From Candidatus Latescibacterota bacterium (GTDB lineage Bacteria > Latescibacterota > CBDEFO01): DNA of 64,000 bases. The translations under genes were made by a program, and so were the position numbers. The stretch spans positions 384,001 through 448,000 of the forward strand of contig OZ252149.1 in the NCBI GenBank assembly GCA_965248755.1, given 5' to 3'. The notes below the pieces were generated by a model. That model ran no database searches. It saw nothing but the letters and a program-made list of their open reading frames with translations, and was not told the origin of the DNA. Shown piece by piece: positions 40,556 to 50,832 of this stretch; the stretch's first letter is position 1; each line of letters opens with the position of its first letter.

Positions 40556-40886
40556 ATCTATTTCACCAACTGATAAGTTCTACTAAGAACTCATAAGAAA
40601 TACCTGATGCCATCGCAACGGCAAATTTGACTATCTCTGTGTGAGATTAAATCTAATCGATTGTGTATATACTGTCAACAGGAAATCTGAGGGTGAAACT
40701 TCATATTAACAGAATTACCTCCCAAACGTAAGAAAAAGATTTACTCATACTACCAGAAAGACTCCCAAACTCCTTCAGAGTTCCCGACAGATCCAACTGA
40801 CTGCACTGCTCAACAAAAATAGACAAGACAGCAGTGCCTCGTCTATATATAATGTTTTTGCGCAACGTCATACTATTTACAAATCC

Positions 40887-41384
40887 TCAATTCATCCATA
40901 TATCATTGACTATCTTCTCAAACTTATCAGTTATCAAAGCCTTTTGCTTTTCGATCCATTCTAATGCCCTGTCGTCTATCAAACCTCTCCTTTTGCAGTC
41001 ATCCACTTCATCCTCATCTAGGATCAAATAACTGCCGTCGGGGTAAAACCATACATCCAAGAGTAGATCCAGATAACTTACGTAATCCTCATTTATCTTT
41101 ACATCCCCGCATATGTGGAAGCTGTGCCCCTTCAAATCTCCGGAAGACTCGTACATCCTCCACAATACATACCCCCTATCCACCCAATAGTGTGCTACAG
41201 TCCTTGATCCCGCATCGAAGAACACATCGCCTATATTCCCTGCTGTGTCGTTTACAAAGAGCAGAACTAGATATCCCTCATCTCTGTGTAGAAGCTGACA
41301 TTCATAGACTTCATCGTCCTTATTTATATGCCTTTTGACCTCTCTTATTATCTTCAAAACGTCCTGTCCAATCTCAACTGCCAT
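40887..41384 (-). CDS. DUF402 domain protein
   Basis: YLDLLLDVW...DGSYLILDEDE acidic motif. Confidence 0.7.
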   Translation of the reverse strand: MAVEIGQDVLKIIREVKRHINKDDEVYECQLLHRDEGYLVLLFVNDTAGNIGDVFFDAGSRTVAHYWVDRGYVLWRMYESSGDLKGHSFHICGDVKINEDYVSYLDLLLDVWFYPDGSYLILDEDEVDDCKRRGLIDDRALEWIEKQKALITDKFEKIVNDIWMN

Positions 41385-42472
41385 CTTCCCTCACCTTTGT
41401 CCCTACCCACAGGATGAGCCCAATTTACCCTCATTAAACCACCATCAAAAGTGCCTATCTCTGCTCCCAGGCCCAAATCGCATCTTACATCTGTCAGATC
41501 TATATCCTCAGACTTATCCCACACATAGCCTGCATCCCCAAACGGAGCTACTCTCAACAGCTTATTCCCGGCTCGATATTCCACGTTTAGAAGGAGGATT
41601 TTATCCCCTTCAAACTCCTTGTACCCATATCCAGCCATAGTCCCTATTCCACCTAACTGAAAGCTCTCAAAAAGTGGAAGCTCTGAGTCTGCACTTCCTA
41701 CAACAAATCTGAAGTCGAGCCACTGACTATCCCTCAAACGACTGTATCTTCTCATTTCCAAAACGTACTTGTTAAAATCGAAATCACCGCCCAGGCCATG
41801 TCCAGATGCCTTAAAAGAAGCCTTAAAGCTCCAATCCACGCTGATATTCAAATTGTACGAAAAAGATATACTCCTCATATCCCCACCCACAAACTCCCTG
41901 ATCCCTTCCGCGCCGTCAGACTCCCAATTTTCCTTTTTAGTCCTCCCCTTCCTGTACACGCTGAAATCCGTCTCTTTAGCTATGCCCCTGTACTCATCAT
42001 CACTGTATCCTACGTGGAATACATTCCTTTTACCTACCTTGAGAGTTGCACCTGTGCTGTAGCCCTTGCGAACGTAGTAATCCCTCGAGGCCACTCCGAA
42101 GAAAAAAGCCAACGAAGTAGACTCCTGATCCCCGACTATGTCCCTGTCCGCCGTATCCACAACATTGTAGACATTCCCTTCCAGACAGAAGCTGCTGCCT
42201 TCAAAAAATGATTTCTTGCCGCCCGCATCATAAGTCCACTTTTGAAGAGATAAGGCACGGCCCCAGGTTATGGAAAACATAGTTTTTTCCGGATCACCTA
42301 TTAAGAGAGTAGTACCTGCAAATGGTCCCTCCACTCTGTTAAAACGGGATATCCTGTAGACCGATACCTGTCCTTTAGTATTCAGCCCTCTTGCGTGTGA
42401 TAGATCAAATAGCCCCAAAAATATCCAACTGCACACCACAAATGAAACGATCTTCTGTCTTCGTGATAGCAT
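41354..42472 (-). CDS. BamA/TamA-like outer membrane protein
   Basis: Signal peptide; RFNRVEG, FQLGGIGTMAGYGYKEF, LNVEYR, FGDAG; C-terminal Phe. Confidence 0.75.
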   Translation of the reverse strand: MLSRRQKIVSFVVCSWIFLGLFDLSHARGLNTKGQVSVYRISRFNRVEGPFAGTTLLIGDPEKTMFSITWGRALSLQKWTYDAGGKKSFFEGSSFCLEGNVYNVVDTADRDIVGDQESTSLAFFFGVASRDYYVRKGYSTGATLKVGKRNVFHVGYSDDEYRGIAKETDFSVYRKGRTKKENWESDGAEGIREFVGGDMRSISFSYNLNISVDWSFKASFKASGHGLGGDFDFNKYVLEMRRYSRLRDSQWLDFRFVVGSADSELPLFESFQLGGIGTMAGYGYKEFEGDKILLLNVEYRAGNKLLRVAPFGDAGYVWDKSEDIDLTDVRCDLGLGAEIGTFDGGLMRVNWAHPVGRDKGEGRWQLRLDRTF

Positions 42473-42480
42473 TAGTACCG

Positions 42481-43686
42481 TTATAAATGATAAGTTATGG
42501 TAGCGTTACTGAAGAACCCGCCACCATTTCGACTTCCCCCTATGAAATCTGGTCCATCTCGGAACAGATCCTTTTCAACGATCCCGTCCAGATCGATTCT
42601 CCCGAACTTGAAACCGAAACCGAACTGAAGATCAAAATCTGTGTCGAACGTCGTAGTCTCAATCACCTTACCGTCCACTACCTTCTCAGTCTTTCCGAAA
42701 GTAGCTTCTCTCTCTATACCCACTCTCATAGCGAAAGAGTCCGAGAGCATAGTCTCCCCTGCGGCCACCAACTTAGGTAGCAGCACAGTCGTGCTCCTTA
42801 CCTTCGGCTGTCCTGGAACATCCCTCTCCTCAGACTTGAAGCCCAAAATAACTCCGAATATCGCGTTTGTCCCTTCGGCCACTTCCGACCTTACTCCTAG
42901 CCCCGCTTCCACATCTACAAAATCCGTCTTGTTAGGAGCCACATCTATCCCCCCAAAAGATGTGCTCAAAAGGGGGACTAATTGGGCACTCTCCCCTACG
43001 GGAAAAAAGAGCCTTACCTCCAAAACCGCTCCTGTCCCACCTTCGCTTTCGGCTATGACATTGTCCGCCTCATCATCCTCGAAACTTTGACGATTAAACT
43101 CCACAGCCACATCCAAAGATGAATTCTCCCCGATGTCTGCCGACAGACCTAAGGTCACCTCAAAAGCAGAAGCTGTCGTCTCCGTCCCATTCCCTTCAGC
43201 ATCGTACGACAGACTCACCTGTCCCCCTATATCCAGGCCTTCTGAGAGACTTGTGCCGTACATAAAATCGAACCATGAACTTAGATCCATCCTCGAAAGA
43301 CGCACCCTGGTGTCAGATGAAACGTCAGAGAAAATCTCAGAAGTCCCGGAAGTATCAGCGTTCGCCAGAAAAGTGCTCAGTTCGTCTGCAGTTCGAAGTG
43401 GACGCCTGAACATTATCCCCACTGTGCTCGTCTTACCAATCTTATATGTCGCCCCTGCCCAGCTGGGCGAATCGTCCAGATCGAACGGCTCAGCGATCAC
43501 CTGCGGATATTCCATAACTAAGGATGGATATACGAAGATATTCGTATCGTCCTTTAATATTCTCGTCTCACCTCCTAAAGACCTCAGACGTGATGTTGAG
43601 CCGTAGATCACATTTGCAAATACCAATATAAAAGATACAGAAACCCATACCGACCAATGACCTAAACCACATCTTCTGTTAATCAT
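42481..43686 (-). CDS. Hypothetical outer-membrane beta-barrel protein (start approximate)
   Basis: Signal peptide, RLRSLGG...D..NIF..P, amphipathic strands ending ATITYHL. Confidence 0.65.
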   Translation of the reverse strand: MINRRCGLGHWSVWVSVSFILVFANVIYGSTSRLRSLGGETRILKDDTNIFVYPSLVMEYPQVIAEPFDLDDSPSWAGATYKIGKTSTVGIMFRRPLRTADELSTFLANADTSGTSEIFSDVSSDTRVRLSRMDLSSWFDFMYGTSLSEGLDIGGQVSLSYDAEGNGTETTASAFEVTLGLSADIGENSSLDVAVEFNRQSFEDDEADNVIAESEGGTGAVLEVRLFFPVGESAQLVPLLSTSFGGIDVAPNKTDFVDVEAGLGVRSEVAEGTNAIFGVILGFKSEERDVPGQPKVRSTTVLLPKLVAAGETMLSDSFAMRVGIEREATFGKTEKVVDGKVIETTTFDTDFDLQFGFGFKFGRIDLDGIVEKDLFRDGPDFIGGSRNGGGFFSNATITYHL

Positions 43687-43767
43687 TCTCCCTCTCCTCT
43701 TAAGTTTTGTCTGCCTGTGGGTTGAGCGCATACAGGGCAGCTGATGAACGATAACTCACAGTCATAT

Positions 43768-44712
43768 TTACAACCTGTAGAATTCCTTCACTGACGGAAT
43801 AGACAATATCGCTCCCCCTTTGAAGTCCACTTTCGGTACAAACCCAAGCATCCTTCTGGCCTTGCTGATGTCCGCAAGAGTGTGCCTCGCCTCACCCCTT
43901 TGGCTCTCCTCATATTCCACGTCTGTCCTCTTTCCTATTACCTCCATCAAGACCTCTATCATCTTCTTTAAAGTGATGCTATCACCACCCCCAATATTGA
44001 AGACCTCCCCTGTACAATCAGCCTCGGAGGCGCGTATATTGGCGTCCACGACATCTGACACATATGTAAACCCTCTCGACTGCTCCCCATCTCCGTTTAC
44101 CCTCAAAGTCTTTCCCTCTAAAATCGCTCTTATAAAGATGCAGAAAGCCATATCAGGACGCGGCTTTGGCCCAAACACTGTGAAATACCTCAAAATCACC
44201 ACAGGTACGCCGAAATTCTTCCAGTAAAGATTACACAATTTTTCGCCTGCTACCTTGGTCACACCGTAAGGAGAAAGGGGCATCAAAGGAGCCTCCTCGC
44301 TCGTCGGAAGTTGAAGAGCATCGCCATAGACAGAGGAGGAAGAAGCGTACACAACCCTCTTTACATCGCATTCCTTCAACGCGTCTAACAACCTCTGCGT
44401 GGCATTTATGTTATTATCCACATAGAGGTTAAAGTCCTTGCCCCATCCAGACCTCACTCCCGGCTGTGCAGCTTCGTGAAACACGACATCCACACCGTCC
44501 AGTAAAGGCCTCAAATCCAACTCCAATATATCTCCCCTCACAAACTCCATCCTATCATAATCCATGAGTGGCTTGACCCTGTCCTCCTTGACCTCCTTTG
44601 CGTAATAATCCGTAAAGCAATCTATCCCAATCACTTCGTGCCCTTCCTCTAACAACTTTTGAGTTATATGCGACCCTATAAATCCCGCAGCGCCAGTAAC
44701 CATATATCTCAT
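43768..44712 (-). CDS. NAD-dependent epimerase/dehydratase (UDP-glucose/glucuronate 4-epimerase-like)
   Basis: TGAAGFIGS, AQPGVR, ASSSSVYG, YGVTK, RYFTVFGP..RPDMA. Confidence 0.92.
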   Translation of the reverse strand: MRYMVTGAAGFIGSHITQKLLEEGHEVIGIDCFTDYYAKEVKEDRVKPLMDYDRMEFVRGDILELDLRPLLDGVDVVFHEAAQPGVRSGWGKDFNLYVDNNINATQRLLDALKECDVKRVVYASSSSVYGDALQLPTSEEAPLMPLSPYGVTKVAGEKLCNLYWKNFGVPVVILRYFTVFGPKPRPDMAFCIFIRAILEGKTLRVNGDGEQSRGFTYVSDVVDANIRASEADCTGEVFNIGGGDSITLKKMIEVLMEVIGKRTDVEYEESQRGEARHTLADISKARRMLGFVPKVDFKGGAILSIPSVKEFYRL

Positions 44713-44787
44713 TTAGCTATCTCTGTCCATATAAGTATCTGGCTGAAAACCTCATATCCGCGGCAACCAATATCGAGAAGATTACAA

Positions 44788-45477
44788 TTATTCTAACAGT
44801 GTCATGACATCTTTCAACGCCGAGACCGTCGGCCCCTGCCATTCCTCCGCATCCGGACGGTGAACATCATAGGTGTCTTCATACGGAACACGAATAAGTG
44901 CCGAGTGCATGCCGAATTGAGAAGCTCGGGTTAGCTCACGGCTGCTCCCATCGCCTATGTAGAGACAGTTCTGCGACATAACTGCCAGCCGCTCACACGC
45001 GAGTTGATAGATGCAAGGATCAGGCTTTCTGAGGCCCACCGCACACGAGAAGACGGGAGCATCCACCAGCCGAGAAAAGAGTGTGTCTTTCCAGAGGAGC
45101 GGAACTTCTGCCGAACAGTCGCTGATGAGCCCTATTTTGTAGCCTGATACTCTCAGTTGAGACAGCGTCTCCACAGCGTCAGGACGCGGTGTGAGGATGC
45201 GCCGTGTAAAATCCGCCCGTATACGGGCGGCCCCTGTGACCCGAGCAGATTCCGAAGGCAGAGCCAGAACCCGACAGATACGCTCAATAATGGCCTCCAG
45301 GGTCGGAAAAGACCCTGTCCCCCGCTCGTTGAACGTTTCGACCCACAAGCGGGCAAAATCGTGGGGAGACGCCAAAAGGGCAGCAGCCATTTCAGACATC
45401 ATGCGCTCATGTTCCCGAAAGGGAAAGGTGTCAACCAATGTCCCGAAGAGATCGAAAATGACAGCGTCGTATTTCAT
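44788..45477 (-). CDS. HAD family hydrolase
   Basis: FDLFGTL, ISD, KPDP, IGD motifs. Confidence 0.9.
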   Translation of the reverse strand: MKYDAVIFDLFGTLVDTFPFREHERMMSEMAAALLASPHDFARLWVETFNERGTGSFPTLEAIIERICRVLALPSESARVTGAARIRADFTRRILTPRPDAVETLSQLRVSGYKIGLISDCSAEVPLLWKDTLFSRLVDAPVFSCAVGLRKPDPCIYQLACERLAVMSQNCLYIGDGSSRELTRASQFGMHSALIRVPYEDTYDVHRPDAEEWQGPTVSALKDVMTLLE

Positions 45478-45571
45478 GGAACCAGAGCTTCCTTCTGCTG
45501 GCACGGCACTTGGTAGACTCTGGGCAGGAGCGCAGAGCCCGGGACTTCGACCTCTTAAGATATCTAGCTAG

Positions 45572-46255
45572 CTAAGGCCTGTTCTCCTTAACCCAGACGC
45601 AGTCATCGTAGAGCGGGCATCCCTCACATTCGGGATTCCGGGCGTGGCATACCTTTCGCCCGAAACGTATCATATTTATGTGCAACAAATACGACCTCCC
45701 ATCGGGAACAAGCTCCGACATAAGATCATACGCCCTTTCTGCTGTACAGTTTTGAGGCACAAGCCCCAATCTCCTTGTGATCCTGTGAATATGTGTATCT
45801 ACAGGGAAAATATCCGTGCCGCACGCAGACATTAGCATTACACCTACAGTCTTGGGGCCTATCCCTTTCCGCGAGCAGAAGAGATCAATAGCCTTGTCTG
45901 TCTCCATACCACATACGAAATCTATGTTCAGCTTTCCGTAAGTCTCCTTGATCCAGGTCAGTATCTCCACTATCCTGACGCTCTTCTGATTCGCCAAGCC
46001 TCCCACTTTGATAACATCAGCTATCTCTTGGGCATCGGCCTCCAGTACATCCTCCCACGTCGGAAACCTGTCCCTCAAGGCACAATATGCTCTATCTCTA
46101 TTTGTGTCGTTGGTGTTCTGAGAAAGAACAGTCCTTATCAAGCTCTCCAGCGCATTGCCTTCGCCCTTCCATTGGGGTCGGCCGAACATCCTTTCCAAAG
46201 CATCAGCTATCCTCTTCGTCTTAAGGGAAAGATCGCACATCGCAACCTCCAGCAA
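45572..46255 (-). CDS. nth: Endonuclease III (HhH-GPD, 4Fe-4S)
   Basis: LSQNT.D, GIGPKT, PVDTHI.R, CHARNPECEGCPLYDDC. Confidence 0.9.
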   Translation of the reverse strand: MLEVAMCDLSLKTKRIADALERMFGRPQWKGEGNALESLIRTVLSQNTNDTNRDRAYCALRDRFPTWEDVLEADAQEIADVIKVGGLANQKSVRIVEILTWIKETYGKLNIDFVCGMETDKAIDLFCSRKGIGPKTVGVMLMSACGTDIFPVDTHIHRITRRLGLVPQNCTAERAYDLMSELVPDGRSYLLHINMIRFGRKVCHARNPECEGCPLYDDCVWVKENRP

Positions 46256-47284
46256 CTATCCGAAGTACCCATCTGGATATGGATCTGGATTCAAAAGAGG
46301 AGCCTGCCAATCCCCTATCTCCGACAGAGCAACAGGCACACCACCACACTCTACATGAGACTTGAAGCCCGCAAGAAAGAGCTGCGTCTTTTCGTAGATC
46401 GTTTCATAAGATTCGGGCATCTCTCTCGTCTCAAACATCTTCTGAATCTCCAAAAGCTGGGGGACCCAGTAGTATAGATCGTTCCCTATAAACTGTTCAA
46501 ATGTCCTCTCTCCAAAGACCCGGATCCATCCCCATGTTCCCGTTATCTCCTGAACACATGCGTAGAACGGCTTGCCTCCGTCTCTACCCTCATACTCGAT
46601 AATAGCTATCCCGTTGGGAGCCCTCCAATCAGGAGTCTGATAGGACACACTCTTAATACCACTACCAAGACAAGAGTACATAAAAAAAAGACCGTGAATA
46701 CCATGAGTGGGATAATCGGACATAGAATTTGCTGCTACACAGCCGGAAATAGGCTTAATGTCTTCCACTTCTCTTTTGATATTGTGCACCTCAGGGGCGT
46801 ACTGATATGACGAACCCGACATAAGCGGAGTGTTGTTCTGCTTGGCAAGATCGATCATGTACTGAGCGTCATCGAGGTTCAAGGCAAAAGGACGATTGAT
46901 GAAAATGGGAATACCAGCTTCAAGGTAGGGCTTTGCCAACTCCTTAAAGTGGAGGCAAGAGTCGAAATCAGAAAGGATGATACCGTCTACCTTCCCCACC
47001 ATATCGTAGTAATTTTCGACCACTTCTATACCTTTGTACATTCTGGCAAACTCCTGTGCACCTGGTACCTTCCGCCTTATTCCTGAAAATACTCTCTTAG
47101 TTCTGGATCCAATTCCGGTCTTGTCTATGTCCCATACATGAGTCATTACCATCCCCGTCATTCGAGTTTTGGCCAACTTGAATTCCGGCTCACAATAGGG
47201 CTGGATGATAGGCCCCCATACTCCCATGTGGACATACCTTTCACTGGTAAGCACACCCACCCTGACAAGGGACATATCAGACAT
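46256..47284 (-). CDS. Atypical Gfo/Idh/MocA-like oxidoreductase, divergent copy D
   Basis: DMVGKVDG, PYLEAG.PIFINRPFA, SGSS, HGIH; carries an insertion relative to the other copies. Confidence 0.7.
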   Translation of the reverse strand: MSDMSLVRVGVLTSERYVHMGVWGPIIQPYCEPEFKLAKTRMTGMVMTHVWDIDKTGIGSRTKRVFSGIRRKVPGAQEFARMYKGIEVVENYYDMVGKVDGIILSDFDSCLHFKELAKPYLEAGIPIFINRPFALNLDDAQYMIDLAKQNNTPLMSGSSYQYAPEVHNIKREVEDIKPISGCVAANSMSDYPTHGIHGLFFMYSCLGSGIKSVSYQTPDWRAPNGIAIIEYEGRDGGKPFYACVQEITGTWGWIRVFGERTFEQFIGNDLYYWVPQLLEIQKMFETREMPESYETIYEKTQLFLAGFKSHVECGGVPVALSEIGDWQAPLLNPDPYPDGYFG

Positions 47285-47489
47285 AATTACCTTTCCATTT
47301 ATATTACGAATGGGATGACACCCACTATTTCCTGTGCGTAAAAGAATCTGTACAAGCGCGCTTAGGCCGTTTCGGACTCGGTGGCTTTTCCGTTATCCAT
47401 ACCCCAAGAAATCAGCAGTTCCGCCCACTTCCGAGCTTGTTCTAGAACTTTGGCGGAGTACCGTCCAGGTCAATCCCTCCTGCGGCCAC

Positions 47490-48467
47490 CTATGCAAAGT
47501 ATCCATTCGGATACGGATCTGGATGCAATAGAGGAGCCGTCCAATCCCCTATCTCTGACAGAGCAACAGGCGCACCACCACACTCAACATGAGACTTGAA
47601 GCCCGCAAGAAAGAGCTGCGTCTTCTCATAGATAGCGTCATAAGATTCGGGCATCTCTCTCGTCTCAAACATGCTCTGCATCTCCAGAACTATGGGCACC
47701 CAGAAGGGTAGATCGTTCCCTAAAAACTGTTCGAATGTCCTCTCTCCAAAGACTCTTATCCATCCCCACGTGCCAGATATCTCCTGTATACATCCGTAGA
47801 ACGGCTTGCCTCCATCTCTACCCTCATACTCGATAACGATTATCCCGTTGGGAGTCCGCCAATCGGGAGTCTGATAGGACACGCTCTTTATACCACCTCC
47901 AATACAGGAGTAGACAAAGAGCGGGCCGTGACTCCCGTGGGATGGATAATCCGACATAGAGTTGGCGGCTGTATACCCCCTGATCGGCTCTATCTCCTTC
48001 ACTGTTCTTCTGATATACTCGACCTCAGGGGCGTACTCAAACGACGATCCGGTCATAATCGGAGTGTTGTGCTTCTTGGCAAGATCTATCATATACCGAG
48101 CATCTTCCAGGTTCATGGCAAAAGGCCGATTGATGAAAATGGGAACACCAGCCTCAAGATAAGGCTTCGTCAACTCCTTGAAGCGGATGCACGAATCGAA
48201 ATCGGAAAGGATGACGCCATCTACCTTCCCCACCATATCGTAGTAATTATCTACTACCTCTATACCTCCGTAGATTCTGGCAAACTCCTGTGCACCTTCT
48301 CTGTCCATATCCCACACATGAGTCATTACCATCCCCGTCATTCGAGTCTTGGCCCCCTCACCCTCCAGCTCGCAATACGGCTGAATAATAGGTCCCCATA
48401 TCCCACTGATGTGGACAAACCTTTGACTGGTAAGTACACCTACCCTCACAAGAGGCGTATCAGACAT
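47490..48467 (-). CDS. Atypical Gfo/Idh/MocA-like oxidoreductase, copy C
   Basis: 325-aa paralogue with the same motifs. Confidence 0.7.
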   Translation of the reverse strand: MSDTPLVRVGVLTSQRFVHISGIWGPIIQPYCELEGEGAKTRMTGMVMTHVWDMDREGAQEFARIYGGIEVVDNYYDMVGKVDGVILSDFDSCIRFKELTKPYLEAGVPIFINRPFAMNLEDARYMIDLAKKHNTPIMTGSSFEYAPEVEYIRRTVKEIEPIRGYTAANSMSDYPSHGSHGPLFVYSCIGGGIKSVSYQTPDWRTPNGIIVIEYEGRDGGKPFYGCIQEISGTWGWIRVFGERTFEQFLGNDLPFWVPIVLEMQSMFETREMPESYDAIYEKTQLFLAGFKSHVECGGAPVALSEIGDWTAPLLHPDPYPNGYFA

Positions 48468-48638
48468 AATTCCCTCTCCTTTTGATTATAAACCGGGTGG
48501 CTTTGCGGAAACCTCTACGCGTAATATCTTCTACCAGATCCCCAATTTCCCCTCCCCCCCAAACTTCTTCGATCCACTTCGGAGCTTGTTCTAAAACTTT
48601 GCGGAAGTCCCGTCCAGGTCAATTCCTCCTGCGGCCAC

Positions 48639-49616
48639 CTATGCGAAGTATCCATCCGGATACGGATCTGGATTCACAAGAGGAGCCGTCCAATCCCCTA
48701 TCTCTGACAGAGCAACAGGCGCACCACCACACTCAACATGAGACTTGAAGGCCGCCAGAAAGAGCTGCGTCTTCTCATAGATAGCGTCATAAGACTGGGG
48801 CATTTCTCTGGTCTCAAACATGCTCTGCATCTCCAAAACCATTGGCACCCAGAAGGGTAGATCGCTCCCTAAAAACTGTTCAAATGTCCTCTCTCCAAAA
48901 ACTCTTATCCATCCCCACGTGCCAGATATCTCCTGTATACATCCGTAGAACGGCTTGCCTCCATCTCTACCCTCGTACTCGATAACGATTATCCCGTTGT
49001 AAGTCCTCCAATCGGGAGTCTGATAGGATACACTCTTGATACCTCCTCCAATACAGGAGTAGACAAAGAGCGGGCCGTGACTCCCGTGAGATGGATAATC
49101 CGACATAGAGTTGGCGGCTGTATACCCCCTGATCGGCTCTATCTCCTTAACTGTTCTTCTGATATACTCAACTTCAGGGGCATACTCAAATGACGATCCG
49201 GTCATAATCGGAGTGTTGTGCTTCTTGGCAAGATCAATCATATACCGAGCATCTTCCAGGTTCATGGCAAAAGGCCGATTGATGAAAATGGGAACACCAG
49301 CCTCAAGATAAGGCTTCGTCAACTCCTTGAAGTGGATGCACGATTCAAAATCAGAAAGGATGACGCCATCTACCTTCCCCACCATATCGTAGTAATTATC
49401 TACTACCTCCATACCTCCGTAGATTTTGGCAAACTCCTGTGCACCTTCTCTGTCCATATCCCACACATGAGTCATTACCATCCCCGTCATTCGAGTCTTG
49501 GCCCCCTTAAATTCTTCCTCGCCGTAGGGATTAATGATAGGTCCCCATATTCCACTGATGTGGACCAACCTTTGGCTGGTAAGTACACCTACCCTCACAA
49601 GAGGCGTATCAGACAT
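48639..49616 (-). CDS. Atypical Gfo/Idh/MocA-like oxidoreductase, copy B
   Basis: 325 aa; I count 3 residue differences from copy A. Confidence 0.7.
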   Translation of the reverse strand: MSDTPLVRVGVLTSQRLVHISGIWGPIINPYGEEEFKGAKTRMTGMVMTHVWDMDREGAQEFAKIYGGMEVVDNYYDMVGKVDGVILSDFESCIHFKELTKPYLEAGVPIFINRPFAMNLEDARYMIDLAKKHNTPIMTGSSFEYAPEVEYIRRTVKEIEPIRGYTAANSMSDYPSHGSHGPLFVYSCIGGGIKSVSYQTPDWRTYNGIIVIEYEGRDGGKPFYGCIQEISGTWGWIRVFGERTFEQFLGSDLPFWVPMVLEMQSMFETREMPQSYDAIYEKTQLFLAAFKSHVECGGAPVALSEIGDWTAPLVNPDPYPDGYFA

Positions 49617-49787
49617 AATTCCCTCTCCTTTTGATTATAAACCGGGTGGCTTTGAGGAAACCTCTACGCGTAATTTCTTCTACCAGATCCCCAATTTCCC
49701 CTCCCCCCCAAACTTCTTCGATCCACTTCGGAGCTTGTTCTAAAACTTTGCGGAAGTCCCGTCCAGGTCAATTCCTCCTGCGGCCAC

Positions 49788-50765
49788 CTATGCGAAGTAT
49801 CCATCCGGATACGGATCTGGATTCAAAAGAGGAGCTGTCCAATCCCCTATCTCTGACAGAGCAACAGGCGCACCACCACACTCAACATGAGACTTGAAGG
49901 CCGCCAGAAAGAGCTGCGTCTTCTCATAGATAGCGTCATAAGACTGGGGCATTTCTCTGGTCTCAAACATGCTCTGCATCTCCAAAACCATTGGCACCCA
50001 GAAGGGTAGATCGCTCCCTAAAAACTGTTCAAATGTCCTCTCTCCAAAAACTCTTATCCATCCCCACGTGCCAGATATCTCCTGTATACATCCGTAGAAC
50101 GGCTTGCCTCCATCTCTACCCTCGTACTCGATAACGATTATCCCGTTGTAAGTCCTCCAATCGGGAGTCTGATAGGATACACTCTTGATACCTCCTCCAA
50201 TACAGGAGTAGACAAAGAGCGGGCCGTGACTCCCGTGAGATGGATAATCCGACATAGAGTTGGCGGCCGTATACCCCCTGATCGGCTCTATCTCCTTAAC
50301 TGTTCTTCTGATATACTCAACTTCAGGGGCATACTCAAATGACGATCCGGTCATAATCGGAGTGTTGTGCTTCTTGGCAAGATCAATCATATACCGAGCA
50401 TCTTCCAGGTTCATGGCAAAAGGCCGATTGATGAAAATGGGAACACCAGCCTCAAGATAAGGCTTCGTCAACTCCTTGAAGTGGATGCACGAATCGAAAT
50501 CAGAAAGGATGACGCCATCTACCTTCCCCACCATATCGTAGTAATTATCTACTACCTCCATACCTCCGTAGATTTTGGCAAACTCCTGTGCACCTTCTCT
50601 GTCCATATCCCACACATGAGTCATTACCATCCCCGTCATTCGAGTCTTGGCCCCCTTAAATTCTTCCTCGCCGTAGGGATTAATGATAGGTCCCCATATT
50701 CCACTGATGTGGACAAACCTTTGGCTGGTAAGTACACCTACCCTCACAAGAGGCGTATCAGACAT
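49788..50765 (-). CDS. Atypical Gfo/Idh/MocA-like oxidoreductase, copy A
   Basis: 325 aa; first gene of the array, GGAGG RBS. Confidence 0.7.
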   Translation of the reverse strand: MSDTPLVRVGVLTSQRFVHISGIWGPIINPYGEEEFKGAKTRMTGMVMTHVWDMDREGAQEFAKIYGGMEVVDNYYDMVGKVDGVILSDFDSCIHFKELTKPYLEAGVPIFINRPFAMNLEDARYMIDLAKKHNTPIMTGSSFEYAPEVEYIRRTVKEIEPIRGYTAANSMSDYPSHGSHGPLFVYSCIGGGIKSVSYQTPDWRTYNGIIVIEYEGRDGGKPFYGCIQEISGTWGWIRVFGERTFEQFLGSDLPFWVPMVLEMQSMFETREMPQSYDAIYEKTQLFLAAFKSHVECGGAPVALSEIGDWTAPLLNPDPYPDGYFA

Positions 50766-50832
50766 AATTCCCTCCCTTTTATAGAGTCATAGTACAGTTA
50801 AAAAGCTCTGACGATTCCGCCGTAGTGCCGCT

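Larger units (their letters stand above)
47490..50780. repeat. Tandem gene amplification, 1149-bp period
   Basis: Gene ends at 47490, 48639 and 49788; spacers 48468-48638 and 49617-49787 are near-identical. Confidence 0.92.

Noticed and set aside
48530..48625. 35-aa peptide MTWTGLPQ... in the array spacers
   Set aside because: SD-to-TTG spacing is only 2 nt, and the frame is not conserved in the C-D spacer.
47285..49787. CRISPR-like or DGR-like interpretation of the oxidoreductase array (GTTTTAGAAC resembles a Cas9 repeat start)
   Set aside because: Units are whole genes. There is no reverse transcriptase or cas gene, and I see no adenine-specific variation pattern.
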